A stretch of 64,000 bases of DNA from Candidatus Berkelbacteria bacterium RIFCSPLOWO2_01_FULL_50_28 (GCA_001774395.1 MEZX01000002.1:302101-366100), one strand, 5' to 3'; positions 1-9,037 are shown, counted from the first letter of the stretch. A program made the numbers and translations. The notes: a model not told the origin generated them from the letters alone.

Positions 1-18
1 GCAGCGTCATTTTGCTGG

Positions 19-897
19 TTAAGCGTCAACTAGAGCGATATTGGCTTCTTGAAGGGCTTCGATCATCGGCCCGATGGCGCCGTCCATAATAGCGTCGATA
101 TTGTGCCAGGATTTATTGATGCGGTGATCAGTGATACGGCTCTGGGGGAAATTGTAAGTCCGGATTTTGTCGCTGCGGTCGCCGGATTTAATCATCGCGC
201 GGCGGGTATCTCCGATATCTTGGTCCTGTACGGAGCGCGCTGCCTCCCAGAGTTTACTGCGCAAGACCGCCATCGCTTTAGTCTTGTTTTTCAATTGGGA
301 TCGCTCGTCTTGACAGGCAACGACGATATTCGTGGGAATATGGGTTATTCGAACAGCCGAGTCGGTGGTGTTGACGGACTGGCCGCCAGCGCCGCCGGAG
401 TGATAGACATCGATCCTCAGATCGTTTGGATTAATATGAACATCCACATCCTCGGCTTCTGGCATGACTACGACTGACGCGGCCGAGGTATGGATACGGC
501 CGGATTTTTCAGTCTTGGGAACGCGCTGGACTCGATGGACGCCGCCTTCGAACCGCAAGGTGGCATAAGCCCGAGGTGACTTAACTAACATCGTTGCCGA
601 TTTAACCCCGCCAATAGAACTGTTACTTTTGTCGACTAATTCAACATTCCAGCCCTGTTGCTCGCTGTAACGCTGATACATTCGTAGTAATTCACCGGCG
701 AAAAGTTCGGCTTCATCGCCACCGGACCCAGCACGGATCTCTACAATGGCGTTACGTTGGTTCTCCGGGCTCAATAAATCAACCTGCGTGCGCAATCTTA
801 AAATCTCTTCGCGAGCCAATTCCTTAATGTCTTTGTCTTCGGTCTGCTCAAAAAGCGTTTCGGCCTCTTTGAGCTGACGCAAGATTTCCTTATCCAT
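19..897 (-). CDS. prfA: peptide chain release factor 1 (short N-terminal domain)
   Basis: 292-aa ORF with the GGQ motif (SGGAGGQSVN). Has the RF1-type PxT tripeptide region (RVQRVPKTEKSGRIHTSA). TAA stop at 19-21. Confidence 0.9.
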   Translation of the reverse strand: MDKEILRQLKEAETLFEQTEDKDIKELAREEILRLRTQVDLLSPENQRNAIVEIRAGSGGDEAELFAGELLRMYQRYSEQQGWNVELVDKSNSSIGGVKSATMLVKSPRAYATLRFEGGVHRVQRVPKTEKSGRIHTSAASVVVMPEAEDVDVHINPNDLRIDVYHSGGAGGQSVNTTDSAVRITHIPTNIVVACQDERSQLKNKTKAMAVLRSKLWEAARSVQDQDIGDTRRAMIKSGDRSDKIRTYNFPQSRITDHRINKSWHNIDAIMDGAIGPMIEALQEANIALVDA

Positions 898-989
898 GTT
901 TACTCAAGAAGTTTAACAGAAAGAAGCCTTCTATTCTAACTTTGAACTCTTGAAGGGATATCCCAGGTTTGCTACAATAATCATCAGTC

Positions 990-1223
990 ATGAAAAAAGA
1001 AATCCACCCCCAGTACTTTCCCAACTGCAAGGTAACTTGCGCTTGTGGCAATACATTCACGCTCGGCGCAACTGTGTCCGAACTACGGGTTGAAATCTGC
1101 TCCAACTGCCACCCAATCTATACGGGCAAAGTAAAATACATCGATACGGCCGGACGGTTGGATAAGTTCAAGACGAGAATGGAAAAATCGCGCTCAATTA
1201 AGGAAGGAACAGCCAAGAAATGA
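990..1223 (+). CDS. rpmE: 50S ribosomal protein L31
   Basis: 77 aa starting MKKEIHPQY. Contains CxCG...CSNCHP zinc-ribbon motifs typical of L31. Confidence 0.85.
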   Translation: MKKEIHPQYFPNCKVTCACGNTFTLGATVSELRVEICSNCHPIYTGKVKYIDTAGRLDKFKTRMEKSRSIKEGTAKK

Positions 1224-1323
1224 GTTACCAGTTACCAGTTACCAAGTTTGAAAATTGTTTTATTGAAAATTTATTGAAAATTGAAAACTGTGAATTGAAA
1301 ACTGCTCAAGACGGAGGCTTGAG

Positions 1324-2202
1324 ATGATGCCAACGATAGTCGAGCTAGCCGAGGCTGGAGCGCATTTTGGTCACCGCCGATCACTCGTTTCGCCAAGGTC
1401 TAAATCTTTCATATTTGCTATAAAAAATTCTGTCGCCTTAATTAACCTCGAAGAAACGCAGCGCTATCTATCGCAAGCTCAGAAGGTTATAGCCAAGTAC
1501 CGAGCCGAAAATAAAGCGATTCTATTTGTTGGTACGAAGCGCGCCGCTCGCAACATTGTGAAGACATCTGCCGAATCGATCGGTGCGGCCTATATCAACG
1601 AACGTTGGTTCGGCGGATTTTTAACTAACTTTTCTGGAATCTTGGAAAACATTCGTCGCATTGACGAGCGAGAGGAATATTTGGCTAGCGATGAATCCAA
1701 AAATTTGAGCAAAGCGGAGAGATTGCGGGAACAGAACAAGTTGAATAAGTCGTTACGGTTTCTGCAAGGAGTTCGCTCCCTGAAGGCAGCGCCGGACTTG
1801 CTTGTTTTGGCTAGTGCTAGCGAAGACGCTGTAGCGATCAAAGAGGCAAATCAGCTAAACGTGCCAATTATTGCAATCGTCGACACTGACATTGATCCAC
1901 AAAAAATTACCTATCCGATCCCTGCTAATGATGATGCGCCGGCGGCTGTTGAGCTCATTCTGCGATCTTTGGTAAGTAAAACCGAAGAAACCGTTAAACC
2001 GAAGACCCCAGCCGTGAAGCTAGAGCTCGCTGAAGTTGAAGCAAAGCCAGTGAAGAAAACTCCCGTTAAGAAAGCAGCCAAACCGAAGCTGGAAAAGAGC
2101 GCCACTGTCAAACCAAAGGTAGCCGTCAATAAGGTCGCAGCCAAAAAAGCCGTTCCAAAAGCTAAATCAGCTCCCGTAAAGACACTAAACAAGGGGAAAT
2201 AA
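1324..2202 (+). CDS. rpsB: 30S ribosomal protein S2 with Lys/Ala/Pro-rich C-terminal tail
   Basis: Conserved S2 blocks: AGAHFGHRRS, ILFVGTKRAA, WFGGFLTNF, AIVDTDIDP. The C-terminal ~90 aa are a low-complexity KPKxAVKK tail. Confidence 0.9.
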   Translation: MMPTIVELAEAGAHFGHRRSLVSPRSKSFIFAIKNSVALINLEETQRYLSQAQKVIAKYRAENKAILFVGTKRAARNIVKTSAESIGAAYINERWFGGFLTNFSGILENIRRIDEREEYLASDESKNLSKAERLREQNKLNKSLRFLQGVRSLKAAPDLLVLASASEDAVAIKEANQLNVPIIAIVDTDIDPQKITYPIPANDDAPAAVELILRSLVSKTEETVKPKTPAVKLELAEVEAKPVKKTPVKKAAKPKLEKSATVKPKVAVNKVAAKKAVPKAKSAPVKTLNKGK

Positions 2203-2218
2203 TGCTCTCGTGTATCTT

Positions 2219-2241
2219 GAAAATTGTAAATTGTAAATTGA
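2219..2241 (+). repeat. AT-rich motif GAAAATTGTAAATTGTAAATTGA
   Basis: Identical 21-mers on the minus strand at 43467..43488 and 47682..47703, where it encodes KIVNCKL at gene starts. Partial copy at 3515..3535 before rseP. Related TGAAAATTGAAAACTG at 1260..1300. Confidence 0.8.
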
Positions 2242-2293
2242 TAGCGGCCGAGGTAAATGAGGGAGCTATGGAGGCGAAAGCCGACAAAATTGT
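2241..2293. repeat. 53-bp inverted-repeat arm (left), partner at 3371..3423
   Basis: GATAGCGGCCGAGGTAAATGAGGGAGCTATGGAGGCGAAAGCCGACAAAATTG. Its reverse complement recurs with one mismatch after frr, so the pair brackets tsf-frr. Confidence 0.85.
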
Positions 2294-2314
2294 TCAAACC
2301 GGAGGTTTGAAGTA

Positions 2315-2767
2315 ATGGCCAACGTCGAACTTATAAAAAAGCTACGCGCTCAAACTGGTTTGGGCATGCATGATATTAAGAAAGCATTGGATGAGTCCAA
2401 TGATAACGAGGCCAACGCGCTGGTGCTGTTGAAGGAGTGGGGGCTATCAACCGTCGCCAAAAAATCTGACCGTGCCACTTCTCAGGGTTTGGTTGAATCG
2501 TACGTTCACGGCGGACGGCTTGGAGCGATTGTCGAAGTTAACTGCGAGACCGATTTTGTCGCCCGTAACGATGAGTTTAAAGCTTTTGTTAAAGATATCG
2601 CCATGCAAGTGGCTTCGATGAACCCGCAAGATGTTGAAGAACTTTTGAAACAAGATTACTTCCGTGACCCTTCCAAGACTATTGAAGAGCTGTTGACTGA
2701 GGTCATCTCCAAGATTGGCGAGAACGTCCGAATTAGCCGCTTTCAGCGCTTTGAATTGGGCGTATAG
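2315..2767 (+). CDS. tsf: elongation factor Ts (short form, 150 aa)
   Basis: N-terminal UBA-like LRAQTGLGMHDIKKAL. Core block VEVNCETDFVARNDEF. Immediately downstream of rpsB, as in the canonical operon. Confidence 0.85.
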   Translation: MANVELIKKLRAQTGLGMHDIKKALDESNDNEANALVLLKEWGLSTVAKKSDRATSQGLVESYVHGGRLGAIVEVNCETDFVARNDEFKAFVKDIAMQVASMNPQDVEELLKQDYFRDPSKTIEELLTEVISKIGENVRISRFQRFELGV

Positions 2768-2815
2768 CGTCGTGCCGCTGTATTTTTCCGCTTCTTCTGC
2801 TAAATTTATTCTGTA

Positions 2816-3367
2816 ATGTCGGCAATTCTTTCCGTAAAAACAGAGATGAGTAGAGTCCTCCAGGTTCTGGAGGAGGATTTACGAACCCTGCGACCCGGCC
2901 GCGCATCCGCCGAACTTGTTACCAGCCTACCGGTGGACGTTTACGGTCAAAAAATGTCTATCCAACAGCTGGCTTCCATCTCTAACGACGAGCAGGGCAA
3001 CCTCATCTTGCAGCCGTGGGACAAGTCGACAATTGGTGCCGTAGAACAAGCAGTCCGAGTCAGCCAGCTTGGTTTCTCCGTCGTGAATATCGGGGACAGC
3101 CTAAAGCTGACGGTACCGCCGCTCTCGCAGGAACGTCGGCTGGAAATGGTAAAACTGGTTGGTCAAAAAGGAGAAGCGGCTCGAATCCAGTTGCGTCAGA
3201 TTCGGGGTGATGCTCACCAGGCGGCCACCAAAGAAAAAACCAACGGAACGATGCGCGAGGATGAGCTAAGTCGATATACCAAAGAGCTTAACGATAAAAT
3301 TGACGAGAATAATAAGCAGATAAAAGAGCTAGTAGAGCGGAAAGAAAAAGAGCTAATGACAGTATGA
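2816..3367 (+). CDS. frr: ribosome recycling factor
   Basis: 183 aa with the RPGRAS motif, VPPLSQERRLEMVK, and a C-terminal coiled-coil KEKELM. Follows tsf directly; pyrH is absent between them. Confidence 0.85.
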   Translation: MSAILSVKTEMSRVLQVLEEDLRTLRPGRASAELVTSLPVDVYGQKMSIQQLASISNDEQGNLILQPWDKSTIGAVEQAVRVSQLGFSVVNIGDSLKLTVPPLSQERRLEMVKLVGQKGEAARIQLRQIRGDAHQAATKEKTNGTMREDELSRYTKELNDKIDENNKQIKELVERKEKELMTV

Positions 3368-3369
3368 GA

Positions 3370-3475
3370 GGCAATTTTGTCGGCTTTCGCCTCCATAGCT
3401 CCCTCATTTACCTCGGTCGCTATCAGTTTTCAGTTTTGCAATTTTCAATAAATATCCAATGCTTCAATTTTCAAA
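3370..3475. repeat. ~100-bp intergenic repeat element (full copy)
   Basis: Contains the right IR arm plus GCTATCAGTTTTCAGTTTTGCAATTTTCAATAAATATCCAATGCTTCAATTTTCAA. Homologous to 59655..59750. Confidence 0.8.
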
Positions 3476-3553
3476 CATTAAAACACTGGAAACTGTAAAT
3501 TCAATGAAAATTAGAAATTGTAAATTGATAATTCTCAAAACAGCCAAAATAAA

Positions 3554-4645
3554 ATGGCTGTAACCTTGTTAGTCTTCCTGGCTGTTTTGGGCGTTATGGT
3601 CTTTGTCCACGAGCTGGGGCATTTCCTGGTGGCCAAACGTAGCGGCGTAAGAGTGGAAGAATTTGCTTTTGGCTTTCGACCGCGTCTTTGGAGTAAGACC
3701 GTCGGTGAAACGACCTACGCGATAAATCTGATCCCGCTTGGGGGTTACGTTAAAATGTTCGGCGAAGCTGATGGCCAGACTGGGCCGCGATCATTCAAAG
3801 CTAAAAAACCATCCACCCGGCTAGCAATTCTAGTGGCCGGTGCAACGATGAACTTGCTGATGGCCTGGGTGATCCTGACGATGCTATTTATTACCGGGTT
3901 CCAGCCTTTCACTCCTAACGCTTCCAAGAACCCCTTTATCGTCGAAAAACCATCAGTAGCGGTTGCTAGTGTTATAGCTAAAAGTCCAGCCGAGAAGAGC
4001 GGCTTTAAGGTAGAAGATATAATTTTAGCCGTCAACGGACAGTCGCTAGACGGCGGATTAGACTTCATCAATCAGATTCGGGCGCTCAACGGCCAAACAG
4101 CTATCGTTACGGTTACGCGCTCTGGGCAGGAGCTGAAGTTATTAGTTACCCCTCGAGTCAACCCACCGCCCGGGCAAGGAGCAATTGGGGTAGCCATCGG
4201 TCAAATTGGCCAAGTCAGGTCTACTTGGTTCAAAGCACCAGTCGCCGCCGTTTATGAAACTGGCCGAGTTATCGGTATCTCGGCAGTGGGCTTTGCCGAC
4301 TTCGTAAAAAATCTCGTTGTACGGCAGGAAGTCTCCGACGACGTTACGGGTATTGTTGGAGTTGGGCAGCTGACGGGTATCGCCAGACGAATGGGCTTCG
4401 AGTACCTGGCACAATTAGTGGCTCTGATTTCCATTGGCTTAGGGGTGATCAATCTGATGCCGATCCTGCCGCTCGATGGTGGTCATATCGCGATTATCGG
4501 CTATGAAAGAATTGCCCGTCGACCGCTAACTGAGCGACAGTTCTCTATATTTGCCAGCTTTGGGCTAGCATTCATTCTACTTATGTTTCTGGTGGTGACG
4601 TTCAAAGACTTTGTTCGCTTTGATGTAATTGGTAGAATCTTCTAA
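3554..4645 (+). CDS. rseP: RIP zinc metalloprotease RseP/RasP (site-2 protease)
   Basis: HELGHF zinc motif in the first TM segment. Central PDZ domain. C-terminal NLMPILPLDGGH motif. Confidence 0.85.
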   Translation: MAVTLLVFLAVLGVMVFVHELGHFLVAKRSGVRVEEFAFGFRPRLWSKTVGETTYAINLIPLGGYVKMFGEADGQTGPRSFKAKKPSTRLAILVAGATMNLLMAWVILTMLFITGFQPFTPNASKNPFIVEKPSVAVASVIAKSPAEKSGFKVEDIILAVNGQSLDGGLDFINQIRALNGQTAIVTVTRSGQELKLLVTPRVNPPPGQGAIGVAIGQIGQVRSTWFKAPVAAVYETGRVIGISAVGFADFVKNLVVRQEVSDDVTGIVGVGQLTGIARRMGFEYLAQLVALISIGLGVINLMPILPLDGGHIAIIGYERIARRPLTERQFSIFASFGLAFILLMFLVVTFKDFVRFDVIGRIF

Positions 4646-5868
4646 TGAAGCTTAGTCAGTTTTATATCAAAACCCGTCGGTCGATGGCCGCGCAAGAATC
4701 GATTAATTCTTATTTGCTCGAAAAAGCGGGTTTTATTAGCCAAGTGGCCGCTGGAGTTTACGCTTACTTGCCATTGGCGACGCGATCGCTGCGTAAAATT
4801 GAGCAGATTATCCGCGAAGAAATGAACAGTATCGGCGCTTCGGAAGTGGTATTTTCAACTCTGCAGCCCAAGAGTATCTGGGAGGCTTCTGGACGGTGGG
4901 ATGACAAGAACTTCCGAGAGATCGTTTATATCGACAAAGAATCTGATATGACCCTTGGGCCGACTCACGAGGAACCTATGGTAATTGCGACGCGGCAATT
5001 CATCCGTTCTTATCGCGATCTGCCGGTCAACCTGTATCAGTTCCAAACGAAATTCCGTAAGGAACTGAGGGCGAAATCTGGACTGCTGCGTGGGAGGGAG
5101 TTTAGAATGAAAGATCTCTACAGTTTTCATCCCGACGAGAAAGCGCACGATGAATTCTATGAACAGTGCGCTGAAGCCTACACCAAAGTTTTTGGTCGGC
5201 TTGGGCTAACCAGTTATCGTGTTAAAGCAACTGGTGGGGTCTTTAGCAACGAGTACTCGGATGAGTATCAGGTGATCTGCCCGACCGGCGAAGATGAGAT
5301 ATTAGTCGATCATAAGAGTCGAACTGGTTTTAATAAAGAAGTTGAAGACCAACTCAAGGAGTCTGAAAAAAAGAAACTGGAACGGGTCCGAGCGATCGAA
5401 GTGGGCAATATTTTTCACCTAGGTACCAAATATACTGATGCCTTTGACGTTAAATACGCGGATCCCAGTGGTAAATTGCGGTCAATCTATATGGGTTGTT
5501 ACGGCATCGGTATCAGCCGGTTGCTTGGAACTCTAGCCGAGCTTTACAACGATGGAAATGGGTTAAAGCTCCCCAAACAGGTGGCGCCGTTTGAAGTGGT
5601 AGTCATCGACCTAACCAGCACTAAAACCGGTTTAAAACTTCACAACGAGCTCGAAGAATTAGGGGTTGAGGTGCTATTCGATGATCGCGACGAGCCAGCG
5701 GGGACTAAGTTGGTTGACGCCGATCTAGTTGGTTACCCAATTCGCTTAGTTTACAGCACGAAAACCGCCCAAGACGGCAAGATCGAAATCAAAGAGCGCG
5801 CTAATGGCAAGGTAACGCTGGTTAATCTAGAGGACACCGTAAAAAGCGTTCAGAAATTGCTTGGTTAA
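4645..5868 (+). CDS. proS: proline--tRNA ligase (short type, no INS editing domain)
   Basis: Class II aaRS motifs (REFRMKDLYSFH, GCYGIGISRL) and an anticodon-binding C-terminus. Start ATG overlaps the rseP stop (TAATG). Order rseP-proS matches Bacillus. Confidence 0.9.
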   Translation: MKLSQFYIKTRRSMAAQESINSYLLEKAGFISQVAAGVYAYLPLATRSLRKIEQIIREEMNSIGASEVVFSTLQPKSIWEASGRWDDKNFREIVYIDKESDMTLGPTHEEPMVIATRQFIRSYRDLPVNLYQFQTKFRKELRAKSGLLRGREFRMKDLYSFHPDEKAHDEFYEQCAEAYTKVFGRLGLTSYRVKATGGVFSNEYSDEYQVICPTGEDEILVDHKSRTGFNKEVEDQLKESEKKKLERVRAIEVGNIFHLGTKYTDAFDVKYADPSGKLRSIYMGCYGIGISRLLGTLAELYNDGNGLKLPKQVAPFEVVVIDLTSTKTGLKLHNELEELGVEVLFDDRDEPAGTKLVDADLVGYPIRLVYSTKTAQDGKIEIKERANGKVTLVNLEDTVKSVQKLLG

Positions 5869-5956
5869 AGTTTGAAATAGTTTTTTGGGGCTTGCCCCGC
5901 ACCTCGAAACCTGATTGCAAATTTCTGACATCAGAATATTGCAAGAGGTTGAGCTG

Positions 5957-5970
5957 GTGCGGGGTTGACA
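5957..5970 (+). promoter_or_regulatory. GTGCGGGGTTGACA motif copy upstream of the small acidic ORF, with an inverted partner CCCCGCAC at 5895..5902
   Basis: The two sites are the arms of a ~75-nt imperfect hairpin (5895..5970). TTGACA-N17-TTACTC follows. Confidence 0.4.
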
Positions 5971-6056
5971 GGCTTGCTACCCTGTTGTTACTCTGAAGTA
6001 AGTAAGTGCCCTTTGCGGGCGGCAGATTTTTTCTGCTTAAACACAAGGAGGTTCAG

Positions 6057-6182
6057 ATGAATGATTTGAACACCGCTGTACCGGCGGCCGAGGGTGAAGA
6101 AAAACCCGAGGAAGAAACCGATACAGACAAACCCGTAGAAGGCGCTCCAGTCGAAGAGACAACACCAGAGCAGCCGCTGTAA
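6057..6182 (+). CDS. small acidic protein (41 aa, Glu/Pro/Thr-rich), possible leader or small protein
   Basis: Perfect SD AAGGAGG at 6044-6050, 6 nt before the ATG. The ORF MNDLNTAVPAAEGEEKPEEETDTDKPVEGAPVEETTPEQPL is followed by an intrinsic terminator. Not in the ORF track because it is under 60 aa. Confidence 0.4.
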   Translation: MNDLNTAVPAAEGEEKPEEETDTDKPVEGAPVEETTPEQPL

Positions 6183-6205
6183 ACTTCCCTTCTTGGGAAT
6201 ACAGA

Positions 6206-6233
6206 GAACCCGCTAAGCGCGGGTTTTTTGTTT
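6206..6233 (+). terminator. rho-independent terminator
   Basis: GC stem AACCCGC/GCGGGTT with a 5-nt loop, followed by TTTTTTGTTT. Confidence 0.6.
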
Positions 6234-6260
6234 AAGGTGAAACTTTGGTAGGCTGGTAGT

Positions 6261-7040
6261 ATGAGTAGACGATTGATCGTCGGTAACTGGAAGATGTATC
6301 CCACTCTTAGTGATGCGCTGGTACTGACCAGCTCGCTTAAGACGGCCCTAGAAGGTGTTAAGGGGGTTGAGATAGCGCTGGCCCCGCCGACGCCCTGGTT
6401 GGTCCCGGTAGTTGAGTCTTGGCATCACAAACTAGAGAACGTCCACTTTGCCGCGCAAGATATCTGGCCTCACGATCAAGGGGCTTACACCGGACAAGCC
6501 TCAGCATTTCTACTAAAGAACCTGGTCAGTTACGCTATCGTCGGCCATTCGGAGCGCCGAAGTTACGTTGGCGAAGACAATGATCTGATAAACGACAAAG
6601 TGCACGCCTGTTTACGTTGGGGTATCAAACCGATTCTCTGTGTCGGGGAAACCAAGCGCCTACTCGACGCAGACGGCAATACTGATTCTTACCAGTGGAG
6701 CCGTCTATCTATCCAGCTAATGGAAGGGTTATCTGGCATAAAAGAAGAGGACCTGGCAAAAGTCTCAGTTGCTTATGAACCTGTTTGGGCGGTTGGTACT
6801 AAGCGTCCGGCGACTCCCGAATACGCCTTGGAAGTTATCGGGAGACTGCGTGAGAAGCTAAGTGAAAAGTACCCGCGTAGAGCACTTGGCGAGCTGCGGA
6901 TCCTCTACGGGGGGGACGTCGACGTACAGAATGCAGCCGGCTTTATGAAATACCCGGAGATCGACGGCTTTTTGCTTGGTAGGGAAGCGGTTCACGCAAG
7001 AAACTTTGCCAAAGTCTGCTCGACCGCGGCCAGCTTGTAA
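6261..7040 (+). CDS. tpiA: triosephosphate isomerase
   Basis: Motifs GNWKM, GHSERR, YEPVWAVGT and CVGE. Confidence 0.9.
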   Translation: MSRRLIVGNWKMYPTLSDALVLTSSLKTALEGVKGVEIALAPPTPWLVPVVESWHHKLENVHFAAQDIWPHDQGAYTGQASAFLLKNLVSYAIVGHSERRSYVGEDNDLINDKVHACLRWGIKPILCVGETKRLLDADGNTDSYQWSRLSIQLMEGLSGIKEEDLAKVSVAYEPVWAVGTKRPATPEYALEVIGRLREKLSEKYPRRALGELRILYGGDVDVQNAAGFMKYPEIDGFLLGREAVHARNFAKVCSTAASL

Positions 7041-7043
7041 CAA

Positions 7044-8000
7044 ATGTCTCAACGAATACTAATTGTTGGTGACTCGCCGCTGTCGTACTTCATCGCTCGC
7101 TTAATCGACGCCGAGCTGTCGCGCTTGGCCCACATGCAAGTGACCCACATTACAACAGACACGGATTTGGTTTATTTTCCGACAATCTCAACTGTTCTAG
7201 GCCCAGCGGTTTTTAGGCGCAAAAAGCTGGAGAATGTCGTTCTCAAGAAGGAGACAGTGATGTCAATTAACCTTAAGGCCAAGAGAGTTGTTACAAATCG
7301 AGAAGTTTATTCGTACGATTATCTGATTCTCGACCTAATGCCGGTGATTACCGTTCAGGAGTTCTTGGCGATTCAGCGTAGCGCCAAGGAAGTTGTGGTT
7401 CATCTCCAGGCCGCCCTGAAACAGAACGAAAAGCTTAACGCTACTGTCAATTTCGCCGGCGACATTTTTGGTTGCCAGTTAGCGCTTGCCCTGGCTAGGG
7501 ACAGGACAAAATTAAGTTCCCGAACTATGCGAAAGTTAGCTATCAACGTCACAAAAACTAACAGCACATTTTTGGATAGTTTCCTAGCTTCGAACGATAT
7601 CTCTCTAGGGTGCAGCAAATCCCCGGGTTTTAATGTTGGCCAAGCCAGGGCTCAACTGTCCTGGAAGAAAATAAAGGGCTTAACTGTTGATGGAGCCGGA
7701 CATGCCCTGACCTTACCGTCTTTGAACCTGGAGAAATTTCAAGAGGTTTTTGTGCTTGACGCAGTGAATTTGCTTTCTTCTCTCTGGCGCTCGCAGTGGG
7801 TAGTGGCAAAACAGGTAGAGAAAAATATTGTAAGTACATTGGAACGCAAACCGCTCCGGGTGATCGATGGTATGCCGGCGCCAAAATATCTTACTGGGGA
7901 TAACGGGCAGATCTTACTTTGGGGCGGTATTGAAAGTCGGCGTTTGCGTGCTAGCGCAGTCGGGGCGCTCGATCGGGCGTTTGTTCGCCGGATTAGCTAA
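7044..8000 (+). CDS. hypothetical protein with degenerate Rossmann-like N-terminus
   Basis: 318-aa ORF 4 nt after tpiA. N-terminus RILIVGDSPLSYFIARLI and a later YDYLILDL resemble FAD/NAD(P) oxidoreductase folds but lack GxGxxG. No recognisable catalytic motifs. Confidence 0.45.
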   Translation: MSQRILIVGDSPLSYFIARLIDAELSRLAHMQVTHITTDTDLVYFPTISTVLGPAVFRRKKLENVVLKKETVMSINLKAKRVVTNREVYSYDYLILDLMPVITVQEFLAIQRSAKEVVVHLQAALKQNEKLNATVNFAGDIFGCQLALALARDRTKLSSRTMRKLAINVTKTNSTFLDSFLASNDISLGCSKSPGFNVGQARAQLSWKKIKGLTVDGAGHALTLPSLNLEKFQEVFVLDAVNLLSSLWRSQWVVAKQVEKNIVSTLERKPLRVIDGMPAPKYLTGDNGQILLWGGIESRRLRASAVGALDRAFVRRIS

Positions 8001-8964
8001 GTTTTACTGAAGCGGCAGCTTCGGGTTTCGATTTGTGTCGGTAGATAATTGCTAGTAACAGAGACGTCACTCCAACAATCAGCATTATCACGCTAATGTT
8101 GCCGAGGGTCGACTTAAATATTTCCAAAATCCCCGCGGAAAGGTCGATTGCTACTGGTGCAAGTTGGGATTCGCTGCCGTTAGTAAAGTTCTCGCTTATC
8201 AGTCTCCCAAGCCAGTCCCAAGCGATGAGACCAAAGCCAACCTCGAAGATCCCAACCAGGATAAACGACCAAGCTAGCGTTACGAATGCTCGCGAGCGGC
8301 TGATGAGCAGGAAAAGCCCAACTACGAGTAAGGTCACAAGCCATACGCCCTTGATAATCGATAAAGCCAACACGACTGACGGCTGCCACTGTCGGACTGA
8401 CCTGGGGGCTTCCACGACCTTCAGCTGGTTTGGAACCATCTGCGAAATCTGTTGCGATAAGTTGGCCAGGTTGCGGTTGGTATCTGTTTGACTTTCGTTT
8501 GACAGGCGACAGTTGGGTAGAGTACTTGATATCTCCCAGGTGCTTAGTTGGTTGGCCTGGCAGATCGGAAGGGCGTTATACTTCTTCTGGAGTCTTACCG
8601 TTAGCTCGTCGGCAAGTTTACTCCTGACCGGACGCAAATCGTAGGAATAGGTGAGTTTATCGGTTCGTCCGGTTAAGTAATCAAGGTAAGCGTTCGTTAC
8701 AAGCTCGGAGAAATCATAGAAGCGTTTGCCGTCCACTGTCTTTTTCACGACTTCTACAAGCTCTTTATTTGTTAACGGCAGTTCTGAGCCTACGTTCATC
8801 TCTTTCAGCACCGGTTCCAGGTTCTTGATTAGACGTTCGTACATTTTCTCCTCCCGCGCTTGCGTGACGATAAAGGACGGTGTCTGCAATTGGAAGAACA
8901 CATAGCCAAGACTGCTTAGGAAAAGCAGTAAAGTTAGAATCAGCCCAACAAAACCTCGCCACAT
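7993..8964 (-). CDS. polytopic membrane protein, unknown function
   Basis: Start chosen at the internal ATG (MWRGFVGLILTLLLF...). The longer ORF to 9189 would overlap the pgk start by 150 bp on the opposite strand. Several predicted TM helices at both ends. Confidence 0.45.
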   Translation of the reverse strand: MWRGFVGLILTLLLFLSSLGYVFFQLQTPSFIVTQAREEKMYERLIKNLEPVLKEMNVGSELPLTNKELVEVVKKTVDGKRFYDFSELVTNAYLDYLTGRTDKLTYSYDLRPVRSKLADELTVRLQKKYNALPICQANQLSTWEISSTLPNCRLSNESQTDTNRNLANLSQQISQMVPNQLKVVEAPRSVRQWQPSVVLALSIIKGVWLVTLLVVGLFLLISRSRAFVTLAWSFILVGIFEVGFGLIAWDWLGRLISENFTNGSESQLAPVAIDLSAGILEIFKSTLGNISVIMLIVGVTSLLLAIIYRHKSKPEAAASVKLS

Positions 8965-9037
8965 AAGACCACAGTATCTTGAATAAGCAGTTTCGAAAAG
9001 ATGCGCTAATCCGTCGTTTGTTTTATGATTAACCTCT

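Noticed and set aside
890-1105. Minus-strand 71-aa ORF overlapping the rpmE start
   Set aside because: It overlaps a well-supported L31 gene on the opposite strand and has no recognisable features.
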